Shown: positions 24,205-37,585, counted from the stretch's first letter. The stretch: DNA of 64,000 nt from Octopus vulgaris (GCA_951406725.2 OX597815.1:72540001-72604000), one strand, 5' to 3'. Made by a program: numbers and translations. Notes: a model not told the origin generated them from the letters alone.

Positions 24205-24572
24205 CTGACAAGAGAGAAAATCTCCCTACAGCATCCGGGGCATAGCCAGACCACCACTGATTTCGCATTTGATTAATGCAGGTCAATGGCTCTCATCCGA
24301 CTGTCTAAGGTTAACCTAGCTCGCCTAGTCAGTTTATAAGAGTTACCGTAGAAATTGTACGCTGATTTCAAAAGTGGTAAAAGTGAAAATTATAGATAAT
24401 AAAGGTGGCTTATTCGCAATATACAACCGAAAGGCAAAAGCATAGATGTCACTTTCTTGTGGCTTTGAGTTGTTTTGGCTCTTATTTCTAGCTATTGCTA
24501 GCCACTTTAGTGACGACTATACTTCTGCCTTTCGGTTGTAAATTGTGAATAAGCCACCTTTATTATTATATA
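24205..24572. mobile_element. HHR-repeat family B variant: minus-strand degenerate HHR (24244-24291) plus fold-back arm
   Basis: Minus strand AGCCA-UUGACCU-GCAUU AAUCA AAUGC-GAAA-UCAGUGGUGG-UC-UGGCU; hairpin ataataaaggtggcttattc..caaccgaaaggca / tgcctttcggttg..gaataagccacctttattat. Confidence 0.65.
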
Positions 24573-24575
24573 TTT

Positions 24576-24734
24576 GTAAGGATAAAGATCGGAGCGATGA
24601 CCTCCCTTGCATATACAAAACGGGCGCGAACTGTATGTCGGTAGCCAACTAGAAAAGATGTTTTCCTGGGGCTAAAAGACAGTAACATTGTCCTTGTATT
24701 AGGACTGCCACATTATGTTGGCAAATAAACTTTA
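24576..24734 (+). mobile_element. Retrozyme family A/C body fragment without HHR
   Basis: gatgacctcccttgc..tgtcggtagcc..cctggggctaaaagacagtaac..ggcaaataaacttt; inverted relative to 23905-24045. Confidence 0.6.
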
Positions 24735-24898
24735 TTATATGTGTATGTATATATATATAGTGGCTGCGTGGTAAGTAGCTTGCTTACCAACCGGGTTCAG
24801 TCCCACTGCGTGGCACCTTGGGCAAGTGTCTTCTACTATAGCCTCGGGCCGGCCAAAGCCTATACATACATACATACATACATACATACATACATACA

Positions 24899-24965
<67 letters not shown>

Positions 24966-25589
24966 GTCGGTCTTTCACACAGTTCCCATCTCCAAAATTC
25001 ACTCACAAGGCATTGGTCGGCCCGGGCTATAGAAAAAGACATTTGTCAAAGGTAGGAATGAACCTAATAGTAGGTGACTGGAAAGCATAGCAAAGCCAAG
25101 CCTAAATATGTACAATAAGGAAATTTTATCCCAATAGTGCTTTCCATAATACTAAATTATCACATTTGACAAGGTTACGCAATAATTATCAATAAAAATC
25201 GTTTAAACACACAGTGAGAGTGAGTGACTTCAAAACTATATACACCAAACCCAGTCATATTAAACAGTGATAATCAGTGCATTCCATCTTGAAATCTAAG
25301 TACAGTTTTTAGAACGATAATTTAACGATAATCTATTTTTGCTTTAACATATAAAAAAAGTGATATCATAACACTCAACCCATGCATTACCTGATGTCTC
25401 GTGTAACGACGAACTTTGAAGTTGTATCGGGAATGTATAATATTAAGCTATCAAGAACCAAAATTGAGACCTGTTTTCTTTTATGATTACTTTTGAAAAA
25501 TAGAGTACACGCACAACACACCCCCACACACACACTCACACACATTCCTGTATATACATACATACATACATACGTGTACGTGTGTGTGT

Positions 25590-25715
25590 GGAGGCGCATG
25601 GCTCAGTGGCTAGAGTGTCGAGCTTGCAATCGTGAGACTGTAAGTTCGATTCCCGGATTGGGCTGTGTGTTGTGTTCTTGAGCACTCTAATTCACGCTAC
25701 TCCAGTTTACTCAGC
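25590..25715 (+). mobile_element. SINE family C head (tRNA-like)
   Basis: ggaggcgcatggctcagtggctagagtgtc (A-box), gttcgattccc (B-box), then gttcttgagca. Confidence 0.7.
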
Positions 25716-25733
25716 TCTCTCTATATATATTAT

Positions 25734-25787
<54 letters not shown>

Positions 25788-26798
25788 GTAGTGGAATCCA
25801 ATTGATTGTGGTAGAACAACTGGTTGATCTCTAGCATATGCAGGCTTCTATAGAAAACATAAAGGATACGATAATCGATCAATAAAAGTATATTAATCTA
25901 TATATCAAATGTATTTTGTTCCATTCCTTATCCAAATTATGAATTATACTTAATAAGATGGCAGATGCCGTACAACTCAAGTACGATGCTCAGTGTGCGA
26001 TAATTCAAAAAGCGAAGGAAGGACTGGAAGAAGCAGCTATTCACCTCGAATGGTTACAAAGTACATGTGATCTGTATTATGTAATATTAAAGCGGTTACG
26101 TATTTTATACCATACACCATAACTTCAGGTGCAACTACTTTATCATGAGGTATCATTTGTCGTCGTGAGTTATCGGGAAAAATAAAAATAGAAACAATAT
26201 ATTCATTTTTTTTAACAATCAAACAGGGAGTGGAAATGGGTTTGGTAAACAACCAATGCCAGCTCTCGTGTAGATTTACTTTAGCAAGCGAGTGTGGTCT
26301 CAGGAGTTTTGCTTTGCTATCTGCATTGTCTAATTTATGATGCGGCTAGAAAAGTTCTAAGGGGAATAGTAGTATCCTTTTGCAGTTGTAACCTGTCATG
26401 CTAGAAGGGTTAACACACTAGAAAGAAATGTTTATTAATTAATGATGAAGCGACTCATAAAAGATCAATAAAAGAAAAGAAAGGGAAGAAAGAAAAAAGT
26501 AAAAGTAGTTTTAATATATTTTAAATGAAAGAGTATTGCGGTTTCCGACCGGTTTCGCTTTCGCTAATCATGACATTTAAATTATTGTAATTTCGTATTT
26601 TCTTAAAAATATTGTAATCCATAATCTTGTATGAAAGTTTATGAATGAATCATACATATGAATGAAAAATCTAAGAGGAGGTAACTGGTGATACTTATTA
26701 CTCGGGACAGGGGAGGTAATTGCCAATTTTTGAGGCGAGATAAATAAACATACAAAAACTCATAAGCTAAAATAGTGAGATGAAATATGTACAATGAT

Positions 26799-26844
<46 letters not shown>

Positions 26845-26894
26845 TATATATATATATATGAGAGAGAGAGAGACAGAGAGAGAGAGATCGTTAT

Positions 26895-27575
26895 TAAATT
26901 GACTAAAGGTACTAGTTAGCACCAACATTGCTAGAAATAAAAGTCAAAACAACTCATAGCCACGAGAAAGCACTTAACTTATGACTGACAAGAGAGACAA
27001 TCTCCCAATAGCATCCGGGGCATAGCCAGACCACCAGTGATTTCGCATTTGATTAATGCAGGTCAATGGCTCTCATCCGACTGTCTAAGGTTAACCTAGC
27101 TCGCCTAGTCAGTTTATAAGAGTTACCGTAGAAATCGTACGCTGATTTCAAAAGTGGTAAAAGTGAAAATTATAGATAATAAAGGTGGCTTATTCGCAAT
27201 ATACAACCGAAAGGCAAAAGTATAGACGTCACTTTCTTGTGGCTTTCAGTTGTTTTGACTCTTATTTCTAGCTATTGCTAGCCACTTTAGTGATGACTAT
27301 ACTTCTGCCTTTCGGTTGTAAATTGTGAATAAGCCACCTTTATTATTATATATATGTAAGGATAAAGATCGGAACGATGACCTCCCTTGCATATACAAAA
27401 CGGGCGCGAACTGTATGTCGGTAGCCAACTAGAAAAGATGTTTTCCTGGGGCTAAAAGACAGTAACATCGTCCTTGTATTAGGACTGCCACATTATGTTG
27501 GCAAATAAACTTTACTATATGTGTATGTATATATATATAGTGGCTGTGTGGTAAGTAGCTTGCTTACCAACCGGG
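26895..27575. repeat. Near-identical local duplicate of 24205-24795 (family B, family C fragment and SINE head), with about 90 bp extra family-B sequence
   Basis: ctgacaagagag..gcatccggggcatagccagaccacc through gcttaccaaccggg is shared with few substitutions. Confidence 0.9.
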
Positions 27576-27958
27576 TAAGAAACTTGCTACATAACCACAT
27601 GGGTCTGAACCCAGACCCACTGTGTGACAACTTGTGCAAGTAGCACCTCTGTTGGTGCAGTTTCTCCAGGCAGCTCGGTCTTGCACTTGCCTTTCTTAGA
27701 TGTCGGGATTGGTCTCAAAGTTCTTCCCTGATGTTGTGAAGCACTTTTTCTGTCTACCTTGCGTGCGCCTGCTTTCCAGCAGTCCGCTGTATGATAGTCT
27801 CTTGGTGGGTACTGTCAGGCATTCCACCAAAGCTTTGTGAGTGGATTTGGTTGAATAAACTGCAAAAGACCCGCATATGTGTGTGTGTATCTGTGTTTGT
27901 CCCCACCCCGCCATCGCTTGACAACCGATGTTAGTGTGTTTATGTCCCTGTAACTTAT
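27540..27958 (+). mobile_element. SINE family A carrying an internal antisense RTE fragment (about 27640-27822)
   Basis: SINE head, then tagcacctctgtt..gtactgtcaggcat (similar to 29065-29248), then the SINE resumes at ccaaagctttgtgagtggatttgg. Confidence 0.75.
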
Positions 27959-27961
27959 GAC

Positions 27962-28153
27962 AAATTGTAACTTTACCTATAAAACTTAAAATACTCGTTA
28001 AGTAATGTAAAGAATATTTTATGTAAAGTATAAAAAATGTCAAGATCATTTATAATGAAAAAAATATTATAATCGTTTTCTGAATCACTTTCACTCGCAC
28101 AAGACTCGCGCACGTAGATCACCGATTCACAAGCACTCGTAGACGGACTTGTA
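27962..28153. repeat. Near-exact copy of 20624-20815
   Basis: aaattgtaactttacctataaaac...cactcgtagacggacttgta is identical apart from about one base. Confidence 0.9.
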
Positions 28154-28849
28154 TATATATATATATATATATGCACACATAGATATTCATAAATATCCAT
28201 ACACTTACACTTATATGCACGCATACGCCCTTATATAAAAATGATAACCGTACAAAGTGTACGGTAACATTATCTAGTAGCTTCAATGTTGCATAATACA
28301 GATCCCAAGCATTTTTGAAACATATGTAGTGCATAACTGCTTCTTCCATTCCATCATTCTTCACTCATTTAATCATATAAATATGTGCGTATATATATAT
28401 ATCCGCGTGTGTGTGTGCGCGCGCGCGTAGTGAAGTGGCTCTGAGGAAGCTACAAGATATTGCATCGGCACATAACTCTATGCACATGCTTCCTCATGGC
28501 CGAAAACCTGTAAGCTAATGAATGTAATTAAATTACCCTCTACTTACATGTCATTCATTCATTAATTAGCATTACGCTTTTCTGGTTCACATAAATTAGT
28601 ATTGCAATCTTCTGGTTCACATAAAAGCCTCATGCGGAGGATGTTGGATAATTCTCATCGTCTGTGAAGTAAAAGTATATTGTTTACGTATTTCACATAA
28701 ATGTTGGTTGTAACATCAATTAATGGCTAATTATGCACAACTCGTTGAATAATTGTCGAAATTAGACGAATCAAAACTACCATGCCAGCTTGGTGACTGC
28801 TTAGGAATTATATGCTCACACATGTATATATATGCGTATATAGTTTCTT

Positions 28850-30285
28850 CGTCCGTCGTTGATGATGATGACCAAGAATATCACATGGGGGAAGAGAGCA
28901 GGGCACTGTGTATCCGACTGTGCTTGATCTGTCGGCTGTGTGCTCGGAAGGCTTTGCCGCGTCGGGCACTGGTAATATGTTGGGACTGAAGACGAGGGGT
29001 TGACTCTGGACTTGCGCAGTTTGTTTTCTTTGTGCCCTTGCAATCATGCTCTGTTCTTGGAAGGTAGCACCTCTGTTCGTGCATGTTTCTCCAGGCAAGA
29101 CGGTCTTACGCTTGCCTTTCCCAGATGTCGGGGTTGCTCTCAAAGCTCTTCACTGAAGTTGTGAAGCACTTTTTCTGTCCACCTTGCGTGTGCCTGCCTT
29201 CCACCAGTTCGCTCTATAAAAGTCTCTTGGAGAGTACTGTCTGACATCTGAACAAGGTAGCCAGCCCACTTGACTTGTACTCTCCCCAGCAGTATGTAAA
29301 TGCTTGGCAGATGAGTTTGAGGGTGAACCCCTGTGCCTGGGACCTTGTCTTGCCAGGTGATTTTCAAGTGCTTTCTCAGGCAATTTCTGTGGGAACGGTT
29401 TAGCCTTTTAGCGTGGCTTTCGTAAACCATCCAAGTTTCGCAGGCATACAATAGTTGGTAGTCAGCCTTTTACTTCAAGTTCGTGGTCAGCCTTTTGCTT
29501 TTCCTTTCCCATACTGATTCACATTGCAGACTGAAAGCTGAGCTTCCTTTGGTGATACCTGCTTCGACTTCATTATCAATGTGCACAAATCTGGAGAGTG
29601 TACTGCCAAGGTACGTGACATATCAACAACCTTCAAAGTTTGCCCTTCGTCAGTGATAGTTGCTGTTACATACGGCTTCTGCGGGATAGGTTGGTGCATG
29701 ACCTCTGTCTTCTGAGTATGGACTGTGGGGCCAAAGACATTGAAGTCAGTTGAAAAGCAGTTCATGCTCTTCTGCATCTGGGCCTTTGTGGGGGCGTTGT
29801 GTGCGCAGTCATCTGCAAACAGGAAGTCGTACACTGACTCCTCTTCCACTTAGGTTTTGATCTGTAGCCTCCACAGGCTGAAGAGTCTTCCAATGTCTTG
29901 AATCTGATCTTGATGCTGGTTTCATCGTCGTTACAGAATGTATCCGACACCATGGCTGAGAACATGATGTTCAATAGCGTAAGTACGAGTACACAGCCCT
30001 GCTTGACTCCGTTAGTGATTGGAAATACGGAGGGAGGATCACCACTACCCAGTACTCGAACGAGCTGATCATCGTCAAAGTGTTGCATGATTCTCATGTA
30101 TTTGTTCGAGTAACCGAATTTCCCATTGTAATCGAAAACCCCTCACGACGGACAGTGTCAAAGCCCGTGGTTATGTCTACAAACGTTCTGTGTAGGTCCT
30201 TGTTCTGTTCCTCGCATTTCTCTTGAAGTTGGCGTGCGGCAAAAATCATGCCGACTGTCCTACGTCCCTCTCTGAAGCCACGCTG
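28850..30285 (-). pseudogene. RTE-clade (BovB-like) LINE, 5'-truncated, frameshifted reverse transcriptase
   Basis: QRGFREGRRTVGMIFAARQLQEKCEEQ; FVD..GFDTV; NGVKQGCVL; DFLFADDCA; YACETW..RCLRK..ITWQDKVP; gatgatgat tail region. Confidence 0.95.
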
Positions 30286-30344
30286 ACATGCATATATATA
30301 ATATAAATGTATTACATACAAACATGCATATGTATGTATATACA

Positions 30345-30388
<44 letters not shown>

Positions 30389-30465
30389 TGCGTATATATA
30401 ACTCTATAAGAATGCATATAAACACACACACACAAATATATGTATATGTATGTATAAATAAATAA

Positions 30466-30539
<74 letters not shown>

Positions 30540-30541
<2 letters not shown>

Positions 30542-30830
30542 CTCTTTTAATTGCTTCAGTCATTTGACTGCGGCCATGCTGGAGCACCGCCTTTAGTCGA
30601 GCAAATCGACCCTAGGACTTATTTTTTGTAAGCCTAGTACTTATTCTATCGGTCTCATTTGCTGAACAGCTAAATTACGGGGACGTAAACACACCAGCAT
30701 CGATTGTCAAGCGATGTTGGTGGGACAAACACAGACACACAAACAAATACACGCACACGTACACATATGTATACATATATACGACGGGCTTCTTTCAGTT
30801 TCCGTCTACCAAATCCACTCACAAGGCTTT
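30540..30830 (-). mobile_element. SINE family A (5'-truncated)
   Basis: cagtcatttgactgcggccatgctggagcaccgcc...ccaaatccactcacaaggc. Confidence 0.85.
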
Positions 30831-30844
30831 ATATACATATAAAC

Positions 30845-30884
<40 letters not shown>

Positions 30885-30895
30885 ATACATATATT

Positions 30896-30969
<74 letters not shown>

Positions 30970-31061
30970 CAAAGAGACATATATATATATATATACGCAC
31001 ACATACATCAACAGAACATACATACCAATAAACACATAACTATATACAAATATGCATATAT

Positions 31062-31126
<65 letters not shown>

Positions 31127-31801
31127 TTTGGCACTGTTTTTAATGTATCCTTGCTTCAGATAAATAAGTATCCCTTGTATTAAATGAGGTGTCTGTTTGT
31201 TCCCCCTCCCCTTCCCACATTAAAGTAAAGCTAGATCACAATTCATCAGCCGTTTATTAGCTCTTCTCACTATTTTTTTTCGATTGCTTCATGTCTATCT
31301 GCCATTGACGGTATTGCGGAAACGAGATTTCGATGTTACGAGGAATGGGAAAGGAGGGATAATTAAATTGATTGGAAATATAAAAGATTTATCGATGAAG
31401 CTAGGACAAATATACAAAAAAAAAAAAAAAAAAGTAAAAGGTAAAAAGTAAATAAATAAATTCAATAAGATTCAATAAGTAAATAATACTCTCTTTCAAC
31501 TTAATCACACGTAATGATATATATATATATACATATACATACACATCTATACATAAACACACACACGCACACACAGACACATGCACACACAGTCACATAC
31601 AAACACACACACACACACACACACATACCTGTATGCTTACACATAAACGTATACGTGTACGTGTGAGCACATATATAAGTATATACACATCTATATGTAT
31701 ATATGTACATATATATTTATATATGTATCACGCACATGCATATATGCACATACATACACATATACATGCATACATGTATATATATGCGTGTGTGTGTGTA
31801 T

Positions 31802-31929
<128 letters not shown>

Positions 31930-32249
31930 CACAAGCGCGCGCGCACGCACACATCATAAAACATATATTGCTCAATATTTGCTTAGATCATAATGTGGTT
32001 AGATATTCGTAATATCATTGAATGTATTATTCGCTATTTCCTATAAATGTTTTATTCACGCTCTCCTATATCTCAAGGCACGAATTTCGTTCAAGCTTGT
32101 AGCAATTGGGTACACGTTATTGACAAGTCCCAAGAAAGCGCGAAATGCGTCTAACGGCCCGGCCCCATGAGTCGCTGTTGCAATGATATTCATTTCACTT
32201 TGATGTGTTTTTTTTCTTCTTTCTAGCACATGTCTATGAAGATGTGTGA

Positions 32250-32480
32250 AAGCCTGTGACCTAGCGCTTTGGATGTTGCCCTCACGATCAAAAGATCGTG
32301 GTTTCGATTCTCAGACCGGGTGGTGCGTTGTGTTCTTGAGCAAAACACTTTGTTTCATGTTGCACAAGTCCATTTAGTCATAAAAGAGTAACACTGCGAA
32401 GGATTGGCGTTCTGTTTTGGGGGTATATTTTGACCTCGGTTACTTAAACCGGGTAATCGTCCCAGTGAGTCATAGAACTC
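32250..32480 (+). mobile_element. SINE family C, diverged
   Basis: gtttcgattctcagaccggg..gttcttgagcaaaacactt. Confidence 0.55.
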
Positions 32481-33087
32481 GAGACAGTAATACCCATATC
32501 CTATGAAGCGACTTCCTCTCAGAAAAAATCCCACAGCAGCAGGCCTTTTAACGGGGTATATGCATTTAGTATGATACTCAGATGACGGTTTATATTTGAT
32601 GCTGCTTCAATTGCGTTTGCGTGTTTTATCTAGAACGATGTACGTCGGCTTCAAAACACAAAGATAAACATCGATACAGATTGATACCAACGTCGTGTAG
32701 AAGTTGCCAGAAAGAAGTTGAAGACAGATTTAGGTTAACTTTGGAGATTGCAGCCTCAGCTGTGTCATCGATTAAAGTGGCCCTAACAGTTTTTGGATGG
32801 TAGCAGGTCTTTTTTTTTATTGACCCCCCCACACACACACACGCACGCGCGCACACAACATCGATTATAAAGTTGTGCTCGGAGGAATTTGAACACATAG
32901 CTATAACAAATGCCCTGAGGCACTTTGACCGATGCTTTAACGTTTTCCCTATTCACCATCCTCCCTTCACTATTTGTATGTATGTCTCTTTCTTTCTTTA
33001 TTTCTCTCTCTCTCTCACTCGCTCTCAACACGCACACATACATACGTATACAAAGAGAGAAAGAGAAAGAGACATCTACATACATAC

Positions 33088-35267
33088 TAGAGGTGACTCC
33101 AGGCCATGAGCGTCACTTGGGCTCATCACAGATTTCGCATAAGACACATGTATAAAAGTAGGTAAGAGACATAATGCACACCGCAGACTTATATGCGCTC
33201 TGATAATTTAACAATAAGACAAAAATATAGTTTTAATATGAAAATTACTCACTTCATTTATCCATGAACTCCAGTCGTCTTGGTTTGATGGCGAAATCGC
33301 GTAATATCCTGTCATTCTGCTACTTCTTAGCCAAGTCATTCAAAATGCTTTTCTCGGTGGAAATACGAGCTAGTGAAGACAGGCTGTTCTTGGTTCATTG
33401 TGCTTCTCAGATATGAGCGGATTCTATCCAACGTTGAGAAACTTCTCTCATTAGCGACTGATGTTAAAGGGATGGTCAGCACTAGTTTAATTAGCTTAAT
33501 GGATTCCGGCATAGCGGAAGTCAACTCCAATTTATTCAGTAATTCTAAAATGGAGTCGATTGATTTGCACTTTTTAAAATTACTGTCAATATACTTATAT
33601 TTTAGCTTGTCACTAAGCTCTTACAGTCAAAAATACAGGACTACTTGTTTTCTAGAGAGTCCATGTGTTGCATGGGAAATGAATTTGCAAACTTTTCAAA
33701 CTTATTAACATCTTGTAATACAAAAAATGCATACTCCTGAATGCCAGAAAATCTCTCTCGTAAGGACATTAGAATGTTATCAACTATTTCGAAATAGATA
33801 GTTTTGTAACTAATTTGTGCACCTCTGACTCTTTTTCTAGGAGGAGGATCTGACTCATCTGCCTGTTCAATGACAGCAGCTGTATCGCGCAGAATGTTTT
33901 CATAATGTTAGTCCTTACGATAATCTTTAACACAATGAATGAAGTTATTTAGTTTACTGTGACCATGCTTTATGTCGAGTAGCTTACACTGTAGGATACC
34001 AAAGACTTTTCCAGTCTGAGAAAGAATGTCATGAAAGCAATTGATGAAAAACATGAATGTGAAATCATTCAACTTTGCCAATAGATTGTTTGACAATGTG
34101 AATCTTCATCCCACTTTTTACGAGAGCCTAGAATATTTGTGATGGTATTTTTCAAGTTTTCATGCAATAGTTTTATGAATGACACGGTTCTTGATCTATA
34201 GTACCATCTTGTATTATGCTTGAGACTCCTGAAAACTATTTCGATCCCTCTTTAGTAGAAAGTCTGGAAGCAAGCATGCTGTCGATTTCAGCAAATAGTT
34301 TACAATAGTTTACGGTAATTTCCTCTATTAAGGCTGTTACTTCCTTCATCATGTCCTTGTAAAGGCAACTCTTGTTTACACAGGTATAACACTGCATTTG
34401 TTAACTGCTTTAAATATTGTCTATTTTCTTCAGTTGCTTTGTTATGTCGTTCTTTTTTCCAGTTTAGCCGACTCACTAATAGCTGTCACAATATCGTACA
34501 GTTCGAAAGTTTTCAAGCTTTTGTAACTACATAAATGGACGTACTAATTTACTGTGATGCTTACAGTCACTCCGGATACTTTTATAATTATTATCTGTCC
34601 ACGACTGATTAGCTTTTGGTTGAAACAACAAACATAGCCAGCATTAGAGTTTCTTTGTGACGCTATTTGCAACAAAGCCAATCTGTTCATACCATTTTAT
34701 CTGGAATGTTCGAGTTCCAGCTTTTAGCTTTCAATGAAGGAATCGGCCTATCTGCTCGAAGAATTTCACGTTTTTCCGTAATATTTCTAGTCCCAAATGG
34801 CTTACTTTTTATATCTAGCACTATGTCTTTTCATTTCTAAGTTAAGAGTAAAAATAAAGCAACCCTGCAAAACAACTGACTGTTATACACAGACTCACAG
34901 AATAACAGCAATCAAGTAACGACAGCGGAGTGCACAACAAATATCAACGATCTGACAGCTGCCTGTAGTCTTGACAAGAGATGCCTTTTACACCTACCAG
35001 GCTCGTTCGTATTAGCCCGGGTTGCTGGATAATACTTCGTTCCTTTAAGAATATTGTTGAAGAGAAACTTTTCATAGATTGGAATTTAAATCCTAATCTC
35101 CATAGAAATTTCTTATTTCAAGAAAACATTGAATTTGAATTACTTTTAATTTCAACGAGTATAGATAACAACTCGGGTTGTAACTTCTGAGCCCGAGTCA
35201 GGTACGTGTGAACGATGTCGAGAGAACGTCTGTTACGAATGACATTTTTTGACACAGGGCATCTCTA
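33088..35267 (-). mobile_element. Decayed hAT DNA transposon (ZMYM1-like transposase pseudogene)
   Basis: hAT C-terminal dimerisation motif IKLIKLVLTIPLTSVANERSFSTLDRIRSYLRSTMNQE (33336-33530); LLAKLNDFTFMFFINCFHDIL; putative TIRs TAGAGGTG / CATCTCTA. Confidence 0.85.
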
Positions 35268-35538
35268 ACATGACGGCCAGACGCTGAACGAAAATGAATT
35301 AACTACGACCAGGTTCGATAAAAGGAGCCCGTGTTATTGGCTGCAATTACATACTTCAAGTCAGTGGTGATAAAAATTGAATCAGCTTGCAAATACAGGT
35401 TCACTTTGCCGAAGTTACCACTGATACATACATACATACATACATACATACATACATACATACATACATACATACATGCATGCATACATACATACATACA
35501 TACATACCTATATACATACCCACCTATGTGTGTGTATA

Positions 35539-35574
<36 letters not shown>

Positions 35575-35730
35575 TGTATGTATGTATGTATGTATGCATG
35601 CATGCATGCATGTATGTATGTATGTATGTATGCATGTATGTATGTATGTATTAATTTGTTATACTAGAAAATAACAGAGTCAATGGTATCTTCGCAAATT
35701 TTTTTTCGTGAATTATTTGCTCGTATTGAA

Positions 35731-35798
<68 letters not shown>

Positions 35799-36079
35799 AA
35801 TTACGCATCTTTTAAGATTCCATTCAATTAGGTACTTACATTGGGGCACCTGCTAGATCGGTATAATCCGCACACCCAAACAGTATTAATTGAATATTGA
35901 ATATCGAGACTTTGTGCAGGGGTGTTTGTACCTGATATTCCTGCCCTGTGTGCAGACAATGCAACCCAGTCAAGTGAAGATGTCCAATCTTGGCAATTCA
36001 GACATGTACTTTTTATCAAGGTACTTTCTATAGTATTTCTGAAGTGCAGATTCCAAGTTAGGTGAACAGAATATAAATA

Positions 36080-36413
36080 AGTAACAAAGATGTACAGATG
36101 TCAATTCATTACAGTCGTTTCAAGCGACTCCTTTAATTTATTAACGAAAATATTACATCATTTGAAAGAAACCGTTCTCGTCAGATGACCGCATAGACTT
36201 CAAAGACAAAAGATACAACCATATCCTTAATATATTCACATATTTTCAGTTCGATTATTGATGGGAATATGTTAAGGTTGTATCCTTTATGTTTGAAGTC
36301 CATGTGGTCATCTGACGAGAACAGTTTGTCTTCAAATGTAATGTTTCCTTAATCAATTAAAGGAGTCGCTTGAAACGGCCGTAATGAATTGACACCTATA
36401 CATCTTTGCTACT
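36080..36413. repeat. About 330-bp imperfect palindrome with an outward-facing hammerhead motif on each arm
   Basis: Plus strand UCAU-CUGACGA(36312)..GAAA(36372)-CGGCCG-UA-AUGA; the minus arm mirrors it (36184 to 36105) with GAAACGACUGUA. Confidence 0.8.
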
Positions 36414-36417
36414 CATT

Positions 36418-36453
<36 letters not shown>

Positions 36454-36478
36454 TAGATAGAGAGAGAGATAAATAGAT

Positions 36479-36517
<39 letters not shown>

Positions 36518-37326
36518 CATACATACATATACACACACATGCACACACACATACACACACATACACATACACATACATGGGAAATGAGAAACAGATATGC
36601 AAATATGCATGTATTGTGTGTGTATATAAATGCATATATATATTTGTGTATATGGGTGCGCGCGCGTTAGTGTATGTGTATGTGTGTGCGCGTGAGGGTG
36701 TGAAGAGGGGAAAGAGAAAGAGTCATAACAGATGCGTAATTAAGTATTGTTAAAAAGTGTTGTAGGAAAATTCCTTGGAAATAAATAAAATCCATTTGAA
36801 ATGCCAGCAAATACCATGACTGATGCTGGCATTTCATTATTTCGTTAGTTCACTTGAAAAATAAAGAATGGTGCATTAATTTTAAGATATGCGATCCTGC
36901 TTTCTCGAAGACTTCGATTGTTTTGAAGTAGTTCTGAAAGTAAGTGAAAAATATCACGTTGGGAGATCTCAGAAAAATAATGTAAAGAGAGAGAGGGGAG
37001 GTGGAGCAGAAGGCAGTGGGGGGAGGAGGGGGAGGAGACGGACAGAGTGGGGCAAGTGGTGAGGCATTGTATGTGAAGTGTAGGGGGTATTGTCTTATTG
37101 AAACATTCATTGATAGGTATCACAGGCACACATACATATGTACATGCATACAGACATACATACGTATATACATACATACATACATACATACATACATACA
37201 TACATACATACACATACCATACACATGCACTCACTCATACTCACGCATATATACATACAAACACGCACATATACATATTCATATATATAAATATATATAT
37301 ATGAATATTTATTGTGTATACATACA

Positions 37327-37413
<87 letters not shown>

Positions 37414-37532
37414 GTAAAAAAACATATACAAACTGGGACAAGAACGTGAAACATTTAGAAGACGACACAAAAAACACGGACGGGACATTCGAAAGCCTTC
37501 AATCTTCAGTCAAGAACCAGATCATCTTTGCA

Positions 37533-37585
<53 letters not shown>

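Noticed and set aside
24576-24734. Solo LTR (TGTAA start, AATAAA)
   Set aside because: No CA end or TSD; better explained by homology to the retrozyme family A/C body
25590-25660. tRNA gene
   Set aside because: tRNA-like A and B boxes run directly into a SINE core; no complete cloverleaf
25958-26122. 54-aa ORF MADAVQLKYDAQ...
   Set aside because: Short, with no recognisable family and no splice support
32621-32803. Non-repetitive-looking ORFs on both strands
   Set aside because: No recognisable motif or convincing splice sites
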